The translations under genes and the position numbers were made by a program. From the NCBI RefSeq assembly GCF_009914755.1, contig NC_060942.1: a DNA stretch of 64,000 nucleotides; one strand, 5' to 3'. Shown piece after piece: positions 40,019 through 63,393 of this stretch; within the stretch, counting starts at the first letter, position 1; the number at the start of each line of letters is the position of its first letter. Below the pieces are notes generated by a model. The model made no database searches, had not been told where the DNA came from, and saw nothing but the letters and a program-made list of their open reading frames with translations. The stretch is from the human T2T-CHM13v2.0 reference genome, Homo sapiens.

Positions 40019-41686
40019 GAAGCAGGTTGGGGAGCCAGGTGACTGGGGAAACAGATGAACATTTGTTAACAGTAATCACTATGTGCTAAATGCTGTTTAA
40101 GACTCTACACGTACCATTGCATTTAAACTACAGGGAACACATGTATTGAATCCAGCAACTGCTGAAATTAGTTTACCTTTGTCTTAAGAAATGACTAACA
40201 TTGCTATATACCATCATCTTCTTTTCCCACATTTTTATTTCCACACCCAGACTCTACCTCAGAAGACAGCCAAGACTCTCTGTAGACTGTCCATGGCTTC
40301 TGCTGCTGGGATGCACTACCTTCAATCTTTCCTCCCACTGGTTCTATGGCTGCTGAACTAGGAACTCTTTGAGAACAGTGACATCTCCTATACCTCTCGT
40401 ACATACCTCCACCACTGCATGTATCACCCTGACCTGTAAGTTATCCCCTCTGTCATTCTTGAAGTCAGGTACTTGTTCTTATCTGTCTGTGTAACCAAAG
40501 CATTTATGACAGCATCTGGCACGATGCATAGTTGGTCAATAAATACGTGTTGAATATTCAAATAATGCTTAATGTTTGTCCCAGGTTTTAGGGAAGGAAA
40601 AGAAAAGATACCCTATTGTTTCTTTCTAGGTTGTCTAGGCTCATAAATGAAGGAAAAGGGTCAGGAATATGGAGTTGAAAATACTATATATGTTCTTAGA
40701 TTATGTTCCTGTCCTGTATTCTTTCAGGACACTGAAATAAAACTGCTGATTACATCAATGAAAACAAATATTCTAGTCTGGGTGGTCAGGCTTCTAGAAT
40801 GCTCGCAATGTTGATATGGATGCTGTTTACAGAGATGTGTTCTACAGAAATCGTTCTAAAGGAGCTATACATTCATGATGTGAACTTTTCTGCATATACT
40901 TTATATCTCAATAAATATTCCTAAAGCAAATGCTACAAATCCAAAAAATATTTGTCCTATAAGATTTAAATTTAGTATCACTCTAAACTGTCTTTCTTTT
41001 CCATCAGAATCAAGTTAGTGAGGATCTTAGAGGTCACAAAGTCTACCTCTGTCCTGACTGATGCTTACATACATGCAGAGAATAGGCTGAATAGTAGTAC
41101 ACTTGAAATGCAGGAGAGCACCTGGAAAATATATTTCATTCATGATAGCAAAACATTACTTTGCAACCACTAGAGTAATCAATGATTAGGGCAAATATTA
41201 TCCATGAATGCTAAAACCACTGAGTAGAAGTTTAGTGGTAAATGGGGTATTTACTTTGTCTCAGTTTTTCTCCCTGCAGGTCATTTATTAATTACAAAGG
41301 GAAAAGATGCCTTTACAGTGGACCACAAAGTGATCAGAGTTAACATCACCAATAATGAAACAAAGTGACATTATGTGCCTCCTAATAGGATGCACTGGCA
41401 TGGGATAGAAACTCACCTACATAATGCTTCTGACAGAAATACATATCCTGAATCTAATCACAAGAGAAAAACCAAAATCAAGGGCCATTCTACAAATAAT
41501 TCCATAACCGCTTTCCTCTTCAAAAAGGTCAATATCGGCCAGGTGGCAAGGCTCACGCCTGTTAACCCCAATACTCTAGGAGGCCAAATTAAGAGAATCA
41601 CTTGAGGCCAGGAGCTCCAGACCAGCCTGGGCAATATATTGAGGCCTTTTCTCTATCAAAATAAAATAAAATAAAGTAATACATAA

Positions 41687-41748
41687 TATAAACATAACAT
41701 TAACATAACATAACATAACATAACATAACATAACATAACATAACATAA
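41687..41748 (+). repeat. (TAACA)n pentanucleotide microsatellite in an AluJ linker
   Basis: About 10 tandem TAACA units. Confidence 0.9.
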
Positions 41749-41781
41749 AGCCAGGCATGGTGGTGCATGCCTATAGTCCTA

Positions 41782-42018
<237 letters not shown>

Positions 42019-42419
42019 CTAATCCAGGATGGGAGGGGAAAATGCTACAAAGGTCATTATTTGGACAACTGGCTAAATCTGAATATAAAAATATATATTA
42101 TATAATATTATGTTAATGTTAATTTTCCTGAAATCGAGCACTATATTTTGATTATGTAAGAAAATAATCCTTGTTCTTAAGAGATACTGAAGTACTTAGG
42201 GGTGAAGTATCACTATGTTTGCAAATTACTCTCAAATAGTTCAACAAAAAAATTAAAAGTAAATAAATAACATAAAATATGTAACAGTCTCAACCAGATA
42301 TGGCAAAATGTTAATAATTGGTGAATTTGAGTGAAGGACATACAAATGTTTACTGCAGTATTCTTGAAACTTTCCCATAGATTAGAAATTTTTCTTTTTC
42401 TTTCTTTTTTTTTTTTTGA

Positions 42420-42641
<222 letters not shown>

Positions 42642-43029
42642 TGATCCACCTACCTTGGCCTCCCAAAGTGCTGGGATTACAGGCATGAGCCACCGTGCCC
42701 GGCCGAAATTTTTCAAAATAAAAAGACAAGATGTAGAAGAAGGCTGCGTTAGTAATAGTGCCTAACAATAGTCTATCCTTTGCTGAATACCTCCCATCAT
42801 GTATCTTTCAAGGCAATCCAAGTCATTATTTCTATATATCGGACCCAAAGATAAACTCCCTGCTACTCCATCAACTAGGCAATCAAACAGCCCTGGTTTG
42901 GCCACAAGTAAGATCATCCCTTCTCCCAAGTAACAGCTCTCAGGTACTTGAGTATAATTTCATTGTGCCTGCCTATGTCTCTCTTTCTAGGGTAAAACAT
43001 TTCTTGTCTCTCCATGCATTATCCTATGA

Positions 43030-43596
<567 letters not shown>

Positions 43597-44828
43597 CCTA
43601 TGACATGGTTTCTGATCTATTTATGGTCTTATGGTCTACTTATAGTGGGTTACTCAAGGTACTTCCAGTAATTTGCCAATGATCCATTTAACACTCTATC
43701 CACAAATGTTATTATATGTGGGTAAGGTGCTCTCATTAGAGCAGAATCACTCAATTCAGTCTCTACTTCTGTTTCCCAAGCTAAGACCACATCAGCTGAC
43801 AAATCATATTACCTGTAAAGTCAACTAAGCCCTTTTTCTTGTGCAGTTTGAGTTTGGAAATGTCTTAGAGCATGTCTTTACAATTGCCCTTATTAAATGT
43901 CAACTTGTCAGACTAACCTAACATTCCAGTCTGTCAGGAAAACCTCAGTTCTGGGTTCTCTTCTTGTTATAATTAAAATGACAGGACATAATTAAAGACA
44001 GTACCTCATCCTCCCTATTCAGTCACAAATTATTAAAGGGCAGGAACCACAGCTAATATGTTCTCCACGTTACTAAATTCATATAACACAGTGTCTGATA
44101 GAAGATGTTATGTGTTAATTTGCTTGTTCATTGATAAGCAGAGGGTTCATTTTGAGTGCAGAAACAAGACACTGACCTTAAGAAGTCTGACAAGTAGACT
44201 TTGTGTTGTTTTTTAAACTATAGAATGAGTGAGAAGATTTTAGCTCTCAAGACTAATCGGGGTAATAAACAGCAGGATCTTGGTTTTTACATAAATAAAA
44301 ATATTGAAAATTTAAATTAAGAAATCAACATCCTTTAAGTACAAAATTATATTGCCTTTCTCTGAATTCCAAAGGAAAGAAAGGCTATGTGTGAAATTGC
44401 AACTCTAATTCAGTACCTTTACTCATTAAGTAGAAAATTAAAGATCTTCTCTTCTCAACATTAGAAATACTACTAAAAAATAATTATAGGAAAGCCCTGG
44501 CCATTCAAAGAAAGATCCTATTGTATGAGGGTGCCCAAATGCAAGCATCAAAATGGTTTTTGTTTTAAATTGCTTTAGAGAAAGTCCTGAGTTATTGTAG
44601 ACTCATGTTTTCTTAAATGCAAATTAGTCTTTGACATTCATAACAATGAAGCTCAACCATCAAGAAATTACTGCTGCCTGGTATATTGCAATGAAGTCCT
44701 CAAGAAAACTGAGAATACCAGGCACAGTGGCTCACACCTGTAATCCTAGTACTTTTGGGAGGCCGAGATGGGAGGATCGCTTGAGACCAGGAGTTCAAGA
44801 CCAGCCTGGGCAACATAGTGAGACCTCA

Positions 44829-45253
<425 letters not shown>

Positions 45254-45871
45254 TCATGTCTCTAATTTTCTACTTTGAATTTTGTTGAGTATTTGAAAAA
45301 CAGATATTTTTTCTGAGGCCCAAAATACAAACTTTTCGGCTGGGGGGTCTCACTCTGTTGCCTGGACCAAAGTACAGTAGCTCAATCAGGGTTCATTGCA
45401 GCCTCAAACTCCTAGGCTCAAACAATCCTCCTCCCTCCGCCTCCCAAGTAGCTGAGACTACAGGTGCACACCATCATATCCACTTAATTTTTAATTTTTT
45501 TAAAATTTTTTGTAGAGACAGGGGTTTCGCCATGTTGCCCAGACTAGTCTAGAACTCCTAACCTCAAGTGATCCTCTTGCCTCAGCCTCCTAAAATGCTA
45601 GGGTTACAGGCGTGAGCCACCGCACCCAGCCTGAAAAACAGATTTTTAAAACTTGCCATAATTTTGTACAAATTAAGAGTTTAAAAGCTTTAAGTGAAGA
45701 AACTATCATATAGATAATTGTGTGTTTAATCAATGACTCCAAGATGACATTATCATTAGAGCATCAGCTGGTTATCCTCTGTTTTGTCCTCTTTCTCAGA
45801 AGCCATTTTTAGTCAGAACCTTGGTTATAATGAAAGTAAATGCTGTTTATGTTCACATCCATGATATTTAC

Positions 45872-45983
45872 CTTCAAGCATGCTTCTGATTTCTTCAGCA
45901 TGAGTAACTTCTTTTGCTGTCTGTCCACTCCCATTAACAATAGTAGTATCAGCATTATATTCTAAGAGAAGCATTACCAACTC
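45872..45983 (-). CDS. OSBPL1A: OSBPL1A coding exon (probably exon 5), ankyrin-repeat region: ELVMLLLEYNADTTIVNGSGQTAKEVTHAEEIRSMLE(A)
   Basis: 112 nt; acceptor ttttag|GAG, donor GAAG|gtaaat; phase 0 to 1; translation matches recalled ORP1L sequence and joins the next exon in frame. Confidence 0.96.
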
Positions 45984-47359
45984 CTAAAAATCAGAGAATT
46001 TATTTTTAACTATTAAGCTAAGATTTTATTGCATTACCACCCTTTTCCAAATTACTAACTACTACAGAGTCTCCACAATAGAAAAAAGCACCAGGTGAGA
46101 ATGTATCACGTTATGTCTATAATAAATGAGTGATTCAACTAATTGTGATAATACTTGACAACTGCCTAAACAATTGCCAATCCACAATTGATACATAGCC
46201 AACTTCTATAATTGATTTTTATGTAAACTATCTGGCTGTTTTGCCAAAATAATTCATGTGGTCAAATTAAATGTATTAGTAAACAAAGCCAATATTCAAA
46301 TTAGAGAAGGAAGTACATTCACTGAAGATCATTCCTCTAAGGCCTGTTGAGAAATATAATTTCTGCCCAACAGACCAAGATTTTTAAAAATTAATCTTGA
46401 TATTTAAACAAAATAAAGCATTATTTTCTAAAGTGATATACCATTATTGACTGATGGGATACACCATTATTGAAGGAATGGTTTATAATGAAGCATTATC
46501 ATTAAGCATTAGATAAGCACGACAGTCTCCTGGAGTCAATATTCAACAATAGATAATATATTACATATTTTTATTTACTCTAAGTGGCTAGCTGCTCTTA
46601 TGGAAATTTCAAATGATAATGTACATACGTCCAGTATCACTGGGCCAGTTATACAACTTAACAAGACAGCAGAAATGGAGGAACAGAATTTCTGATATTG
46701 CGGACAGTATTAGAAATTTGATGTTTGATTATCTTATGATACACAACACCTAGGGAGGGGATGATGGCAATGCTTGCTCTTCAGTCTTGCACTAAGGGAG
46801 GCTGAAAAACTGTGCTGTTCTAACTTCTAGACTGACAGTGCCTGTAAAATATGAAGTGATATCCTGTGTTGCTACACGTTATGCTGTCCTAGGAATTTCA
46901 TCTTTCCTTTGGGCCATGACGTCCATTTCCTACATTCTTTTAGAATGTTTTCATAGCAAAAAATGCTTAAATAAAATCTAAAAAACATAAACAGGCAAAA
47001 AATACATATACTTATTACCCTCATCATTTTATGACCACTATAAACATTTTGGCATATTTCTTACTAATCAATTTCCCTAGGCAAAATTTGAGTTTTCGTA
47101 ACATGATTTTACTTACATGCCACAATTGTTTTATAGCTACATTTCCCAGTACAGTACATGGTGTTTACACATTTTTCATATTTGAGTATTATTATATAAA
47201 ATGTACTACCACATTAAAAAAACAGGAAAATGGTTTTTTAAAATATCCTAATATTTTAATAAAGTGAATTCTTATAAAATATCTTAACATTTTCTATCAT
47301 CTTAAAGGTAACATTTTGGGGCTCATGTTTTCATGCTTTACCTAAATAGTTCATATTAA

Positions 47360-48512
47360 TTAAAGAAAGTAGAGTAACCCACAGAATGAGAAAAAAAAAT
47401 TTACAAATACAAGTCTCTTGACTTGTATCCAGAATATATAAAGAACATTTACACCTCAATAATAAAAAGACAACCCAATTAAAAATGGGCAAAGACAACA
47501 ATGAACAATCCAAAAAGGGAAACCAAGAAAAACAATTCTATTTATAGTAGCATCAAAAAGAATAAAATGCTTAGGAATAAACTTAACCATGAAGACAAAA
47601 GGCTTATACACAAAAGACTCAGCACAAAACACTGCTGAAAGAAATGTAAAATGACATAAATAAATGGGAAAACATCCAGCGATCATGGATGGAAAGACTT
47701 AATATTGTTAAGAGGAGAATACTACCCAAAGCTATCTACAGATTCAATGCAATCCCTATCAAATACTAACGACATTTTTACAGAAACAGAAAATCCCATC
47801 CTAAAATTCACATGGAATTTCAAGGGACCCCAAAAAGCCAAAATAATATTTAAAAGAAGAACAAAGTTAAAGATACATCTTGACTTCAAAACTAACTACA
47901 GAGTTACCATAATCAAAACAATGTGGTACTGGCATAAAGATAGACACACAGACCAACAGAACAGAATAGAGAGCCCAGAAATAAACTCTCGGATATATGG
48001 TCAAATGATTTTTGACATAAGTGCCAAGACAGTTCAATGCAGAAAAGACAGTCTTTTCAAAAAATGGTATGGGGAAAACTGAATAACCACATGCAGGAGA
48101 ATGAAGTTAAACACATACCTTACACCATACACAAAAACTAACTCGATATAGGTCAAACATGTCAAAACTAAAACTATTAAAATTATTAGAAGAAAAAATA
48201 CCAAGAAAGCTTCACAAGGCCTGAGTTAACAATGATTTCTTGGATATGACACCAAAAGCACAGGCAAAAAATGAAAAACTTCATCAAACTTTAACTTTTG
48301 TACATCAAAGGGCCCTATCAAGAGAGAAAAAGGAAACCCAGAGAACAGGAAAAAATACTTGCAAATCATGTATCTAACAAGGGATTTATATACAGAATAT
48401 GCAAAGAATGTCTAAAACTCAAAAACAAAACAAATAACCAGATTAAAAAATGGGCAAATAATTTGAATAGACATTTCTCCAAAGAAGATGTACAAATGGT
48501 CAATAAGCCCAC
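47360..48512 (+). mobile_element. L1M(B)-type ORF2 3' fragments
   Basis: ORFs 47705..48082 (KTMWYWHKDRHTDQ.NRIESPEIN) and 48298..48597 ([15 protein letters not shown]). Confidence 0.85.
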
Positions 48513-48555
48513 GAAGGTAATCCCAGCACTTTGGGAGGCTGAGGCAGACGGATCA

Positions 48556-48969
<414 letters not shown>

Positions 48970-49097
48970 CTAGGGACGCCCAGCATGCAGCAGAGCAGAG
49001 GACCTGGATGCCTAGAGCTGAGCAACAGGTGAAAGTGCCGACGTCCAGTGAATCCCAGGAGGAGAAAATAAGGCCATAGAGTAGATTGGTTTGTTGA

Positions 49098-49379
<282 letters not shown>

Positions 49380-49710
49380 TAATCTGCCCACCTCAGCCTC
49401 CCGAAGTGCTGGGACTACAGGCATGAGCCACTGCACCCAGCTGAGAAGAATGTTTAAAAAAAAATAAAAAAATCAAAAGAACATCTATAATGAAGGGTAA
49501 GGGGGAAAAAAGGCAACAATCATAAAAGCAGCCAGAGAAATAAACTGTAGCATGCCTCCTCCCAGAGAAGTAGTCAGCCTCGTTAAAGTGTAGCTATGGA
49601 AAAATAAGAAAACAGAAACTCTTAAAGTATATAAACCACTGCCGACCTTTGGAAAAAAATTAAGTTAACTGGGAGAGCCAGACTCAGACTAGAAAGGGTC
49701 AAAATAATCA

Positions 49711-50079
<369 letters not shown>

Positions 50080-50614
50080 TCAGAGAAGCCTTCCTCACTC
50101 ACTGTCTAAAGTAGCATTATCCACTCCCAAACTCTCATCCCCTTACCTTACTAATTTTCATAGCACTTCTAAATGCCTGTATTGTTTGCTCCTCTTTTAT
50201 GAAAAAAGGTATTTGGTCTCTTGTTCATTGCTATACTCCCTGCCCCTAGAGCAATGCTATTTGTTTTTGAATACTTTTTCCTGAATAAAGATGTTTTACT
50301 GAAAATATTCCTGGCTAAGACAGCACTTTGGCCAATTTGACAACTAACTACTAAAAAGTCAGAGGAGTAAAGTATTCACTTTGAGCATGATACTTTTATT
50401 TTTTAATGGCTGCACAGAGTATGTTTGGACCAGCAGCACACGGGTGAGGGCAAAGAACAAAGTTAACACAGCCGTGAATCACGCTCCCAAATCGCCCCAG
50501 CTCCACTTTCCGCTCAGCAGTCAGTCATTCCCTTATTGAGCCATTATATTGCTGTCACCATCACACAAGTCATCTCAGATGAAATGCTTAGAGAAAAATC
50601 CTCATGCCCAGATT

Positions 50615-51420
50615 ATTTTTTTTAAATAACAGCTTTATTGAGGTGTAATTCACATACCATAAACTTCACCCTGCTAAAAGTGCACAATTCTGTGGCTTTG
50701 AGTATATTCATAGAGTTGTACATCATCACTATCTAATTTCAGAACATTTCATCACTACAAAAAGAAACCCCATATCTGTTAACAATCACTGCCTATTTCC
50801 CCTCCTCATAATCCCCTAGTAACCACTAATCTACTTTCAGTCTCTATGGATTTGCCTACTCTGGACATTTCTATAAATAAATCAAACAATATGTGGCTTT
50901 TTGTGTCTGGCTTCTTTCAGTTAGCATGTTCTCAAGGTTCATTTATGTTTTGGTGTGTATCAGTACTTCATTCTCTTGATTTCTGAATAATACTCCATTG
51001 CATGACTATACCACATGTTTATCTATTAAATAACTAATGAATATTCGAGTCATTTCTACTTTTTATTTTTATTTATTTTAGGTAGAGACAGGGTTTCACT
51101 CTGTTGCCCAGGCTGGAGTGTAGTGGCATGATCATAGTCACTGCAGCCTCAAGCTCCTGGCTCAAGAGATCTTCCAACCTCAGCCTCCCAAAGTGCTGGG
51201 ACTACTACAGGCACATGCCACTGTGCCTAGCTATTTTTTTTTTTTTTCATTTTTTGTAGAGACAGGGTCTTGCTATGTTTCCCAGGCTGACCTTGGACTC
51301 CTGGCCTCAAGCAATCCTCCCGCCTTGGCCTCCCAAAGTGTTGAGATTACAGATGTGAGCCACCAAACTCAGTCTCTCCTTTTTAACTGTTAGGAATTAT
51401 GCTGCTATGAATGTTCCCGT
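50615..51420 (-). mobile_element. L1MB 3'UTR fragment interrupted by AluJ
   Basis: CAGCTTTATTGAGGTGTAATTCACATACCATAAA... is a typical L1MB 3' end. Confidence 0.75.
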
Positions 51421-51693
51421 ATTGATTTTGAAAGATATACTTTTTCTATAAAAGTATCTACTTTCAACAGAAATACCACATGAAAAGTTTTACTTCTTGT
51501 AAAGTAATTTTATTTTTTGAGACATGAGTCTTGTTCCGTCACCCAGGCTGGAGTGCTGTGGTGAGATCTTGGCTCACTGCAACCTCTGCTTCCCAGCTTC
51601 AAGCGATTCTCCTGCCTCAGCCTTCTACCTTCCGAGTAGCTGGGATTACAGGCGCCCGCCACCACGCCCAGTTAATTTTTGTACTTTTAGTAG

Positions 51694-51810
<117 letters not shown>

Positions 51811-51949
51811 TAAAGCAATTTCTTAATGCAGGCTTCAGGTTTCAAGATTAGAAAGGAGAAATAATTTCTAAAAATTATGCTTATTGGGCTGGGCACAGTG
51901 GCTCTCACCTGTAATCCCAGCACTTTGGGAGGCCGAGGCAGGCAGATCA

Positions 51950-52330
<381 letters not shown>

Positions 52331-52878
52331 TTATAGAGAGGGCAGGATAATATATTAAAACATTTAAAAACTCAGCTACCAAAAGATGGTTACCTGAAAG
52401 GGTAAGTTTGAATCCAATGCCCATATGTGTGGAAATACAACTCCCTAGACTTTGGCAAATAAAGAAAGTATCCCCTAAAACCCAAATTTTTATTGAAAAA
52501 TATCAACAATAAATGTATATCCACTTAAAAGATAATATATTAGTTCTTTCCTGAGAAAAATCAAAGATATACCAAATTTAAGGCCAGATTAAAGACTTAA
52601 ACAATTATTTCCAAGTAAATATAATAATACTCAATATTTAATTAACATTTACTTGTATCAGACACTGTTCTAAAGTTTTACTTTTATTAAACTCATTTTA
52701 ATCTTCACAAAAATCATACGAGGAAGGTATTATTATTATTACACCTCTTTTTAAAGATATGGAACCTGAGGCACAGAGGTTAATATGTTTTATACAATAC
52801 ATAAAAACACCTTCAGGCCAGGCATGGTGGCTCACGCCTATAATCCCGGCACTTTGGGAGGCTGAGGTAGGTGGATCA

Positions 52879-53122
<244 letters not shown>

Positions 53123-53849
53123 TCAAAAAGGTAAAAGATACACCACAGTCTACTATACAAACTGAACAAAGTTCACCCCACAATGAAGCCCAACAGTAAG
53201 TTTCACTCATGGTCAGGTGCGGTGGCTCACTCCTGTAATGTCAGCATTTTGGGAGATCCAGGTCTGGGATCACTTGAGCCGAGGAGTTCGAGACCAACCT
53301 AGGCAACGTGTCAAAACCCTTTCTCTACAACAAATTTAAAAATCAGCCAGGCATGGTGATGCACACCTGTAGTCCTGGCTATTTGGGGGGCTGAGCTGGG
53401 AGGTTCACTTGAGCCCAGGAGGTCGAGGCTGCAATTAGCTGTAATCACACTACTGCCATCCAGCCTGGGAGACAGAGTAAGACCCTGTCTCAAAGAAAAA
53501 AAAAAGTCTTACTCATGCTCTCATAACTTCTATAGGCTTTGAAAAGTGTCAATATTAAATATGAATCAATAGCCAATTACAACCTGAGATCTGACATATG
53601 ACTAGCACAAAGGAGAAAGATCTAGACAGACAAGAAAAAAAAAGTTTGAAAGACATGAAAATGTGGAAGAAAACCTTTAAAAGAACTATAATATCCTCAG
53701 AGAAGTGAGAAATTTCTTCATTAACCAAGATTGGATGCTATTAAAAAATGAACATCCGGTCAAAAAGTTAAAATTCTTAACCATTAAAAATAACAGCAGA
53801 AATAAAATATGCAATAGAAAGACTAGAAGACGGACTTGAAGACATCTCC

Positions 53850-54305
53850 CTGGTTAGGTTTTGTTACATGGCACAGTCAACCTTAAGAAAAATATCCCAG
53901 GCAGACACGACCTATTGAAGTGAGCCCTCAAAAGGGGCTAGCCTCTTCCTGGCAAAGAAGATGAGAAGTGTGAGTAAGTCCAGATATGGCTGTGTGGCCA
54001 TGATTTGAGGGTGGCCTGTAAGAGCTGAGAGTGATCCCTTGCAAAAGAAAAAAGAAAAAAAAAAAAACAACAACAGTGAACTCTGCCAACAACCTGCGTG
54101 TACTTGCAAAAAGCCCCCAACCACAGATGAGAACACAGTTCAGCTGACACCTTAATTTCAGTCTTCACGGTCCCTGAGCAGAGAATTCAGCTAGGCTGTG
54201 TGCTTGGAATTCTGACCTTCAGAATTGTGAAATAATAAATGGGTGTTGATTTAAGCCTCTAAATTTATGGTAATTTGTTATGCAGCAATAGAAACCTAAT
54301 TCGCA
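53850..54305 (+). mobile_element. MLT1 (MaLR) LTR
   Basis: GCTGACACCTTAATTTCAG...AAATAATAAATGGGTGTTG...GGTAATTTGTTATGCAGCAATAGAAAC. Confidence 0.7.
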
Positions 54306-54959
54306 GGTTTAAAAGTCTAAAGGTAAACAGTAAAATTCTAGGACACCAAGGGTGAAGGGAAGATCCCATCTGACCCCGAACATTTTTTAGCTCGGCATAT
54401 GGCCACCAAGAATAAAGACTACATTTCCTCGCTCCCCTTTAGCTAGTGTGGCCCCTTTAGCTAGTGTGGCCATGAATATTCGAGTCAATGGGATTAAGCA
54501 GAAGTCTCATATAACAGCCTCTGGGAATCTTCTAGAAGGGGCAGTCTGTATATATTCTTTGTCCCTTTTTTGCTTCCCCTAGCCTGCTTCCTGGGATTGG
54601 GATGCTCCCAATTGGGATGATATGGTCAAAGCCACACATTGTAGAACATTAAGACAGAAGAAATCTGAGTATTTGAGTATTTGCCACCTGCCCAAGACCA
54701 CTTATCTAGACTTTTAGGTTACAGAGAAATAAACTAACTTTTTTTGTAAGTCACTGTATTAGGTTATCTGTCATTCTTTTTTTAGGGGTGGGGGTAGGTA
54801 GAGATAGGGTCTCACTATATTGCCCAGGCTGGCCTCAAACTCCTGGCCTAAAGTGGTCCTCCCTCCTTAGCCTCCCAAAGCACTGCTATTACAGACATGA
54901 GCCACTGAGCCCAGCCTGTCATTCTAATTTTAATTTATATACTTCCAGTGATTAAATAA

Positions 54960-55798
<839 letters not shown>

Positions 55799-55833
55799 TT
55801 AAAATTACGTGATGAGAAAAAGAACTAAACTAA

Positions 55834-55992
<159 letters not shown>

Positions 55993-56383
55993 TAGCGGGG
56001 ATTATAGGTGTGTGCCACCATGCGCAGATAATTTTTGTATTTTTAGTAGAGATGGGGTTTCACCATGTCGGCCAGGCTGGTCTGGAACTCCTGACCTCAG
56101 GTGATCTGCCCATCTCAGCCTCACAAATGGCTGGGATTATAGGCGTGAGCCACTGTGCCCAGCCTGCAATTGTTAACTCCAGAAAAAATAAGGCGTTATA
56201 CCAAAACAAACAAACATAGGCCCCTAAGTGGCTCAAGCTAGCACAGTCAGAATAACATAAACTCAATATTTATTTAACCAAAATCTAGTCATAGGCTAAG
56301 AGAATGAAAAAGGTGAAGTAGCTTTGGCAAGGATTAAGAATGGGAGAAACAGGCTGGCACGGTGGCTCACACCTGTAATCCTA

Positions 56384-56677
<294 letters not shown>

Positions 56678-56717
56678 TTATCTTCCAGAGATAAGCCAAC
56701 AGAAAATCTAAAATTAG

Positions 56718-58414
<1,697 letters not shown>

Positions 58415-60108
58415 AAAACAACAATTAGTGACAACTATGTTATCTATAAACAGGAGGTTAAAAAAAAAACTCAAGTTAAAACTAACAGTATTAAAAGTAG
58501 GTACTTCTGGAAGTGGTAAAGAACCACCTCAAGGTCTCCTTCCCCTTAAGCAAGGACACAGAACTAGGATGGAGGCTAGACCCAGATAACAGAGAACCCC
58601 CAGCTCACATCCTCTACTCCTACCCCAAGACTAGCAACTACTGAGAACAGGCAACAGCAGTCTCTTAGCGGACAGAAGCCAACGTGTGGAGAGAACCCGC
58701 TGAGGCACACAAGGCAGGCCTAAGGTTGAGGGTGAAGCAGGAACACGGGGGAACACCTTCCAGTGAATCAGCCTGTGCCCTCTGCAGAGGTAACACCGAA
58801 TTTGGAAACTGAAGGAAGGTGAAGCCTGAGGTGCACTGGAAGTAACCATAGCAACAGCTAATCATAGCAACAGAGATAAATGATGCCTTCAATGGGCTCA
58901 TCAGTAGATATCAGAGTACCACTGAGGAACGTTCAGTAAACTTGAAGACAGGTCAGCAGAAATCAGCCAAACTCTAAGAGAAAAAGGAAAGAAAAAAGAA
59001 GAAACAGAACTGAGCACCCAATAGCTGTATAATGACATCAGTGTAGTACAAGGCAGTAGTTTCTCAATATAGCAAAAAAAAAAAAAAAAAAAAAAAAAGA
59101 AAGAAAGAAAAAGATGATGAAAGTAGTATCTGCTACCATTTGTCCATCTAACTTTGCCCTTCAGAATGCTGAGTTCTATTAACCGTTTCCTTAACTCTGC
59201 AGGTCAGCCCTCCCACTGTTCCCTGCTGAACCTGCCACTCATTACCATAACTGTGCCCCCCTGGCTCCTGATGGTTAAGTGCTGCCTCTCCTGGCTTCTA
59301 CTGCCTTGGGGTCCAATCACTTTCCCCACACCACCCCTTGCTGTCAGTGAACTCAGGTCCACAGTGGCATTCTCACAGCAGCCCCAGACCCTGAAGGGGA
59401 ATTGCCAGGGAGCTTCTCCGTGAGGCTGTTGCCTTTCTCACCAGCAATTTCTTCTGCTTTGGTAAATGATAGGACCTCTAAGCCCTTCCATGGCATTTAA
59501 TTACCTGATATGTTTTCTGGACTTCATACTACAGCCAATCTAGCATGCCCACTTATTAAGGCTCACGCCTGTAACCCCAGCACTTTGGGAGGCCGAGGCA
59601 GGAGGATCATGAGGTCAGGAGTTCTAGACCACCGTGACCAACATGGTGAAACCCCGTCTCTACTAAAAATACAAAAAATAGCTGGGCATGGTGGCAGGCA
59701 CCTGTAATCCCAGCTACTTGGGAGGGTGAGGCAGGAGATCATTTGAACCCGGGAGGCGGAGGTTGCAGTGAGCTGAGATTGCACCATTGCACTCCAGCGC
59801 GGGCAACAGGTCGAGACTCCATCTCAAAACAAAAAACAAAAAACAGCAACAACAAAAAACCTGTCTTTCATGGCACTTCTGGCCTCTTGACATCTCTTAA
59901 TGGGGACCATTTCTTTTTCCCTGATCCTAGGACCCATCCAAGTACAACTCAATCTGCACCATCAAAAGATATCAACAGTGAAAGGTAAGAGGCAGAAGAG
60001 AGTCACCCCATTAAAAGTCATGATACCGGCTGAGCGCAGTGGCTCACGCTTGTAAACCCAGCACTTTGGAAGGCCAAGGCAGGCAGATCACCTGAGGTCA
60101 GGAGTTCA

Positions 60109-62560
<2,452 letters not shown>

Positions 62561-63246
62561 TGAGGGTTTCCAGAGTATCCACGTATCCATGACTGACTGT
62601 CCCAGTGTATAAAGGCCTGGCTGCTCATCCCCAACAGGGACAACTTTGAAGCATCATCTCCTCTGCAAAGCTTCGCACACAGCAGAAAGGCTGAGGCATC
62701 GCTTGAGCCGGCAGCACTACTTGACTTGTCCACTCCTGTCCACTTCTTCCCCACCCTCGTGCACAGGTGTGATGCCACGAGCACTCCATAAACCTGCTGC
62801 CCACTCATCTCCATCTCAGCTTCCCTGAGAACAGATCTAGAACAAATTATATGTATATATTTCAAGGCAGTCATTCTCCATCAAATGAAACGATACGTGT
62901 CAAGTTGTCTGGGCATCGCCTGAAACACAGTAGGCCTTCAATACATAAACATGAGAAATGGTCTCCTAGGAAATCCTAAAGCCCAGGATTATACATATAT
63001 TCTGTATGTTAGGTGAGATAGAGAGAATTTCTGAGACACAGAACATAGGAAGCATTTATTGTATTTGTTTATTTACTATTTTAGAGACAGGGTCTTGCTC
63101 TGTCATCCAAGCTGGAGTGCGGTGGTGCCATCATAGCTCACTCACTGTAGCCTCAAACTCCTGGGGCTCAAGCGATCCTCCTGCCTCAGCCACCAGAGTA
63201 GCTGGGACTACAAGCACATGCCATACATCCAGCTTTGAGTTTTTTA

Positions 63247-63393
<147 letters not shown>

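Noticed and set aside
59073-59172. Orphan A26 tract followed by ATGATGA...CTGA resembling a C/D-box snoRNA
   Set aside because: Antisense to the host intron, no convincing terminal stem or guide sequence, and no TSD found for the A tract; consistent with chance.
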